Assembly (NCBI GenBank): GCA_052426225.1
Contig: JBNJNM010000014.1
Coordinates: 496,001 to 560,000 of the forward strand
DNA: 64,000 nt
Direction of reading: 5' to 3'
Source: Zancudomyces culisetae HAW-14-8
Lineage: Eukaryota > Fungi > Kickxellomycota
The notes below the pieces were generated by a model. That model was not told the DNA's origin. It worked only from the letters and a program-made list of their open reading frames with translations, and ran no database searches. Each line of letters opens with the position of its first letter. Positions within the stretch are counted from its first letter, which is position 1. Positions 59,301 through 64,000 of the stretch are shown piece by piece. Position numbers and translations under genes: made by a program.

Positions 59301-60019
59301 GCGATTTAAAATGAAAAAATCAACATTTTCCGGATAAAAATGCAAAAAAAAGGATAGAAAACAGAAAGCAGAAATGGTTAAAAGTAATTATTATACACTG
59401 GACAGAAAAGCATCAACTACAAACATTTGATTAGGTTATTGTTTGACTAAGTTTAGAGCTAATAGCTATTTTTGTCAAATATATTTTTATACACTTGACT
59501 GAGACAAACATATTTAAATTGATTCCTCAAAAAGGCTGTGCCATTCCATATAGTGCAATACAAATTCAAAAGTTCGTGCTAATTAGAGAGTTTTTCTTTT
59601 TTCAAAAAAAGAACCAAGAATAAAGTAAGAATATTCAAGAAAAGCAAAATTTTGGGCCAACGAAGTGTTTAAGTTTCGATATTGAATGAATGAATATACA
59701 TTTATATCTATAGGCTTCCCATCAGTACATTCATAATTAGGCATAATATTATTTAAGGAAAAGTGAGCTCGGCGCACCTTTTAGAATTTACGACGCATAA
59801 TAGATCGTTTGATCCCCTTACATGAATTCAATTGATAAGGAAACACAGAACATAGTGCCAACCCGATGTGGATAAAAACATAATAGTAACAATACATATA
59901 AGACAAAGATAAAGACAAAGACAAAGACAAATACCAAGCAACTGATTGAACTGAAGCAATTTTTGATAAATTACAAAAAGTACATAGCAAATAACACAAA
60001 AAAAAGACAACTCTGTAAA

Positions 60020-61324
60020 ATGGTAAACGAGAATAGAGATAGCTTTATAGAATCAAGCGCACCAGAATCAATTTTCAAAAATGGAATATCTAAACCAACT
60101 GGGGGTCTAGTCAGAAAGAAAATAGAAGAATTAAACACCAACAGCGGCAGTAGGGATATACTTGCGCCAAAAAACATAATAATCGATAATGCTCCAGAAG
60201 GAATCAGAGGTCAAGGTCGTTTACAATCTCCATTAAGCATCAAAAGCAGCTCACTAAAGAGCGTATCTACAGGCTTTAGTAGAGGTGGTGTAGATACCGA
60301 AAAAGCAGAAGACATGACTTCTAAAGATGGGCTGCAGGCAAACTCACTAGTTATAGAACAAACAGAGAACAATGAGGGAATTGATGGTGATAGGAGTTCG
60401 ATTAGAGGGGGGAAAGAATCCTTGGATGGAGATAGCGAGGCGTATAATGCGTTTATTAAAAATGTAACGGATTTCCCACCTGCAAAAAGCTACTCTAGAA
60501 TATTATCATCGCCACCACTAAGCAAAAAGCAAAGTACAAATAGCGTCAACAGAAAAAAGCAGTTTAACAAGGTGAAAAACGGTATTGATACCAAGTCGCT
60601 AAACGCAGGACCCAAAGGTAAAAAGGTTGCTTTTGATCAACAAGAAGCGTTGGCCAAAGACACAAACCCTGGACCTCTTACTTCTGATGGTTTGGCGCTA
60701 ATTTCGAAGATTAGAGGAAAGCCAAAGTCTGGTGTTATCATTAATGAAGTAACCAAAATAAAGCCTGAAGAGCTTTTAAGCAAGGCTCCGGTGAAGAAAA
60801 AGATGGAAAGCCAACAGCAAGAGATGGCATTCAAGGTCACCGAAAACTTTTTTGTCTCTCGGAGGAAAGATTCGGATGACGGAGCATCAATTAAGGACGA
60901 AGTGGCAATAAGCAGTGCTAGGGTGAACAACATAGCCAATTCTTACATCAAAACCAAGAGAGAAGGTGGTAATGTGACTGATGCTTACAAAAAAAGCGAA
61001 GAATTAGCGGGGAAAATCTTTGACAAGGTGTATGCAGATGTAAACTCTATAGACAAGGAAACCTTACTGAATCAGGCTAATCACGCGACTAAAAACAAAT
61101 CTAAATCGGCAATGCAGCTCAAAACTGACCACACACCTGTTCAGAGCTCCAACTCAGACAAAACAGAATCGACGAATGACAAGTTTGCGATTTTTGATAA
61201 TTTGGCGATGGATACAGGTACGCTTGACGAACTAAATAAATTTAAGGTTGCAGAGATGATGAAGGCCAAGAGTCCACCAGTGAAGCAGTCAATGATCAGG
61301 AAAATTAGCAAGCTTTTCAAATAG
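60020..61324 (+). CDS. Hypothetical hydrophilic, likely disordered protein
   Basis: 434-aa open frame from ATG 60020; Lys/Ser/Glu-rich; no recognised domain. Confidence 0.65.
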   Translation: MVNENRDSFIESSAPESIFKNGISKPTGGLVRKKIEELNTNSGSRDILAPKNIIIDNAPEGIRGQGRLQSPLSIKSSSLKSVSTGFSRGGVDTEKAEDMTSKDGLQANSLVIEQTENNEGIDGDRSSIRGGKESLDGDSEAYNAFIKNVTDFPPAKSYSRILSSPPLSKKQSTNSVNRKKQFNKVKNGIDTKSLNAGPKGKKVAFDQQEALAKDTNPGPLTSDGLALISKIRGKPKSGVIINEVTKIKPEELLSKAPVKKKMESQQQEMAFKVTENFFVSRRKDSDDGASIKDEVAISSARVNNIANSYIKTKREGGNVTDAYKKSEELAGKIFDKVYADVNSIDKETLLNQANHATKNKSKSAMQLKTDHTPVQSSNSDKTESTNDKFAIFDNLAMDTGTLDELNKFKVAEMMKAKSPPVKQSMIRKISKLFK

Positions 61325-61706
61325 TTTTTCTTTCTTTTATTTGTAGTGTTTTTTTTTTAAATTTCATTATATATATTTTAGTTTTATATATGTTCGTAAG
61401 TTCTTAATTGTCACCAATATTTCTTCAAACTTTTCATTAATGAGATTCAGAAAACGCTAAACAACATTTAACATTTATAAACAGAGAAATTTTATCCGAA
61501 GCAATGCTTTTTTATTTCATTGATTAGGTAGGTGTGCAAGGGGAAGAAGGAAAAAAAACAAACAGTTAGAAATTTAAACTAAGATAAAAGTGCGGTACAA
61601 AGCAGTAACAAGCACATAGTGTTGTAATACTAAATATTGTTATTAAAACCAACAGAATATACAGTGATAAAAGTCATAAAAGTGATAGAAAAAAAGGGGT
61701 TACGAG

Positions 61707-63551
61707 CTAATGCCGTTGTTTAAGCCCGTATTTCCTGACCAACTCGGCTGACTGGCTAGTGAGTTCGGATATCTATATATTTATGTAGAGGTGAATTAGT
61801 GGTGATGTCCTTAAAAACAATAACAACAAAATATATGCAGATTTTTAATGCTGACTATAAAAACAGTTATTTACCTCTGATAGGTTATGAGTGCTTTCTG
61901 TCATCCCGGTTAGAATTTCAAGTATTTTGGCGTACTCGGCAGTTTTCTAATATAGAAATTCAATCCAATTTAACAACATACATATTAAACTGACCAAAGT
62001 AAAGGGAAAAGGAAAAGGGAATAATACCTGGAGAGAATGGTTATACAACTCGTCTGTGGATTGTTTGTTAGGCAAGTTTATGCAAATCTCGTTTAGTGCT
62101 TTTACCAAATGATAGTCACTTGTTTCTAAATCAAAATTCAGATGTTCAACAAGTTAGGCCAAATACAAAAAGTGATACCTTTGCACAAATGTTTGTTTAA
62201 AACTCTAGAAACGTGCATTTTTCTTGTAGTATAAAAATAATCCAAGCATCAATTATAGCGATATCAAAATATAATAATGTACCTTTAACTTGTCCAGACA
62301 ACACAGTGTCAATGTAATTTCTCAGGCCTAGTAAATTGTTCCTTAGCATCTGAACAGCCGAAATTTGATTTTCTACGTTCTCCACTATTCCCGAATATTC
62401 AAGGATATGAGCTCTGTTTCCAATCACCACCTCTCACCAAAGAAAATACTATTTGAAATTAAAAAAAAATACGAGAATTCTTACTTTGAGTTACGACTTC
62501 GTTCTCGTTTCCTTCGGTATTGGCTGAATTTGTTATCTCATCCAATGCAACAAACTCTGCGACATCCGACTTTAGTTCAAGAGGAATGCTTTCAAAGTGT
62601 GGAGGCTGGCCTTCTTGGTCCTCAGTTAACACGTAGGCACAAAAATACTTTGATACATCACTTTTGGCAATGTTGTTAATGCCGCCTTCTGTATTGATGT
62701 CATTGTGGTCAATACTTGCGTGTAAATACACCAATTTCTTGTCTGGTTTCGATAGCTAAGTACAATGGTATTAGAGCTTTTGTCATTATCTTTTTATACT
62801 CGATGAAACCTTGCAAGACAAAATGGACTTTGGGTACAAAATGTTTAGAAAATTTGTATGTTGGAATTCCTACTCACCTGCTTGTGGATAGAAAGCACGA
62901 GCTCATCAGGAAGTTTCTTTAAATTATTTGAGTACCATCCCACAATTTGATCATTTTGAAAAATGCTCTTGTCTACAAATAACCAACTTGGAAATATTAT
63001 CTTGCGCGCAAGCTTTTGACTGAATAATGTTTTGTGAATCACATTTATCTATTTTCAGTGCAATTTATGGGTCATATAAACCCGATACTTACGATGTTCA
63101 ACTCTTTCTTCAAGATATTCTTTGTTTATTCCGTCGAATTTAAGATCTAAAATAAATGAATATTTGGCCTCATGTTCCGTTTCATTCTTTTTCCCCAATA
63201 ACAAACCCACTATATTTGAAACTACACCCTCTAATTGACAATTTCCAAACTGTGTTAGTTATATTAGTCCTCCTTTTTTTTCATGCTCCACTATATATGC
63301 TTTGTATGTAGACAAAAAATACTAGATGTTTTACCGTGTTTTTTGTAAATACGGGCCCGGTTAATGTGGTCAACAATCGAAATTATGGTGATCGGATGAC
63401 TATAGGTTCAGTTTCAGACAGTTTGCTTTAAGAGAAATATAACAAATCAAATATTATAAAAAAAGAAAAAGAATAAAGGTGTGGGCATTATTTACATTCC
63501 GAGTTTCTTGGGTGGTAGGGTTGATTGAACTTGCTCTGGCCCAGTACACAT
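61707..63551 (-). CDS. CSN6: COP9 signalosome subunit 6 (MPN domain), about 9 exons
   Basis: Spliced IHPITIISIVDHINR, IVGLLLGK, IVGWYS, IHKQ, AEFVALDEI, QISAVQMLRNNL..LRNYI, LVKALNEICINLP; fits CSN6 better than Rpn8 or eIF3f; one junction near 62412-62484 is ambiguous. Confidence 0.75.
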
Positions 63552-64000
63552 TTGTACAATTCGTATTCTGCTCTATTATTTTTGTTTGGGTATGTATTTA
63601 TGTTACCCTTGGTCTCTTTGGTTTTCCTTGTTTTCAAAAAAATCCAATTATGTTTATGTATTTACAGCGTAAAGATATATAATTCAAAGGGTGGAATTTT
63701 CCTAGCTATATATACGACTTGCTCTGGAGTTTATCCTAATTGTACTATCATGTCCTCAATTTATTAAAGTTCAATTAAATAAACTGATCTTTGCAATTCC
63801 TGAATGCTCCGCAGCCAAAAAAAAAAACGATAATATTCTGACTAATTTGGTTGTTCATTGGCTATATGCACCATATGCCAAAAAATAAACATGATTTTGA
63901 CAGTATTTCCAATTTCCTGTCATCTTTTTTTATATTTTACTAGAGAAAAACATGTTGTCAAACTTACCAAGAGTATTAATGGAATATGACTATGTTGGAA

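Noticed and set aside
1-64000. CRISPR arrays, transposons, rRNA
   Set aside because: Only simple microsatellites were seen; no repeat-spacer arrays, transposase/RT motifs or rRNA-like sequence recognised

Overview
AT-rich eukaryotic (fungal) genomic DNA with GT-AG introns of roughly 50-200 nt, microsatellites and long intergenic tracts. I can support about 18 protein-coding loci and one tRNA-Met(CAU). Housekeeping genes: aspartate/glutamate carrier, TMF1/Sgm1-like, URM1, Kin4-family kinase, ARPC2, Nst1-like, Cic1/Utp30-like, fatty-acid elongase, Hos1/HDAC8-like deacetylase, Mbp1/Swi4-type factor, Nop53, Sec10, PIG-H and CSN6. The standout is an intact 7-exon selenocysteine synthase (SepSecS) gene, fragmented in the ORF track. 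Most fungi lack Sec machinery, so this points (by inference) to an early-diverging Sec-using fungus such as a Harpellales insect-gut fungus. Other notable signals: an unassigned ~250-nt structured RNA candidate at 30.5 kb; kb-scale purine-to-pyrimidine skew domains that flip synonymous codon choice mid-gene; an accessory block with an F-box-like/ankyrin protein and orphan secreted proteins, one frameshifted; and a small secreted Trp/Arg/Phe-repeat protein. All calls are by eye, with no database searches. No CRISPR array, rRNA or recognisable transposon was seen.
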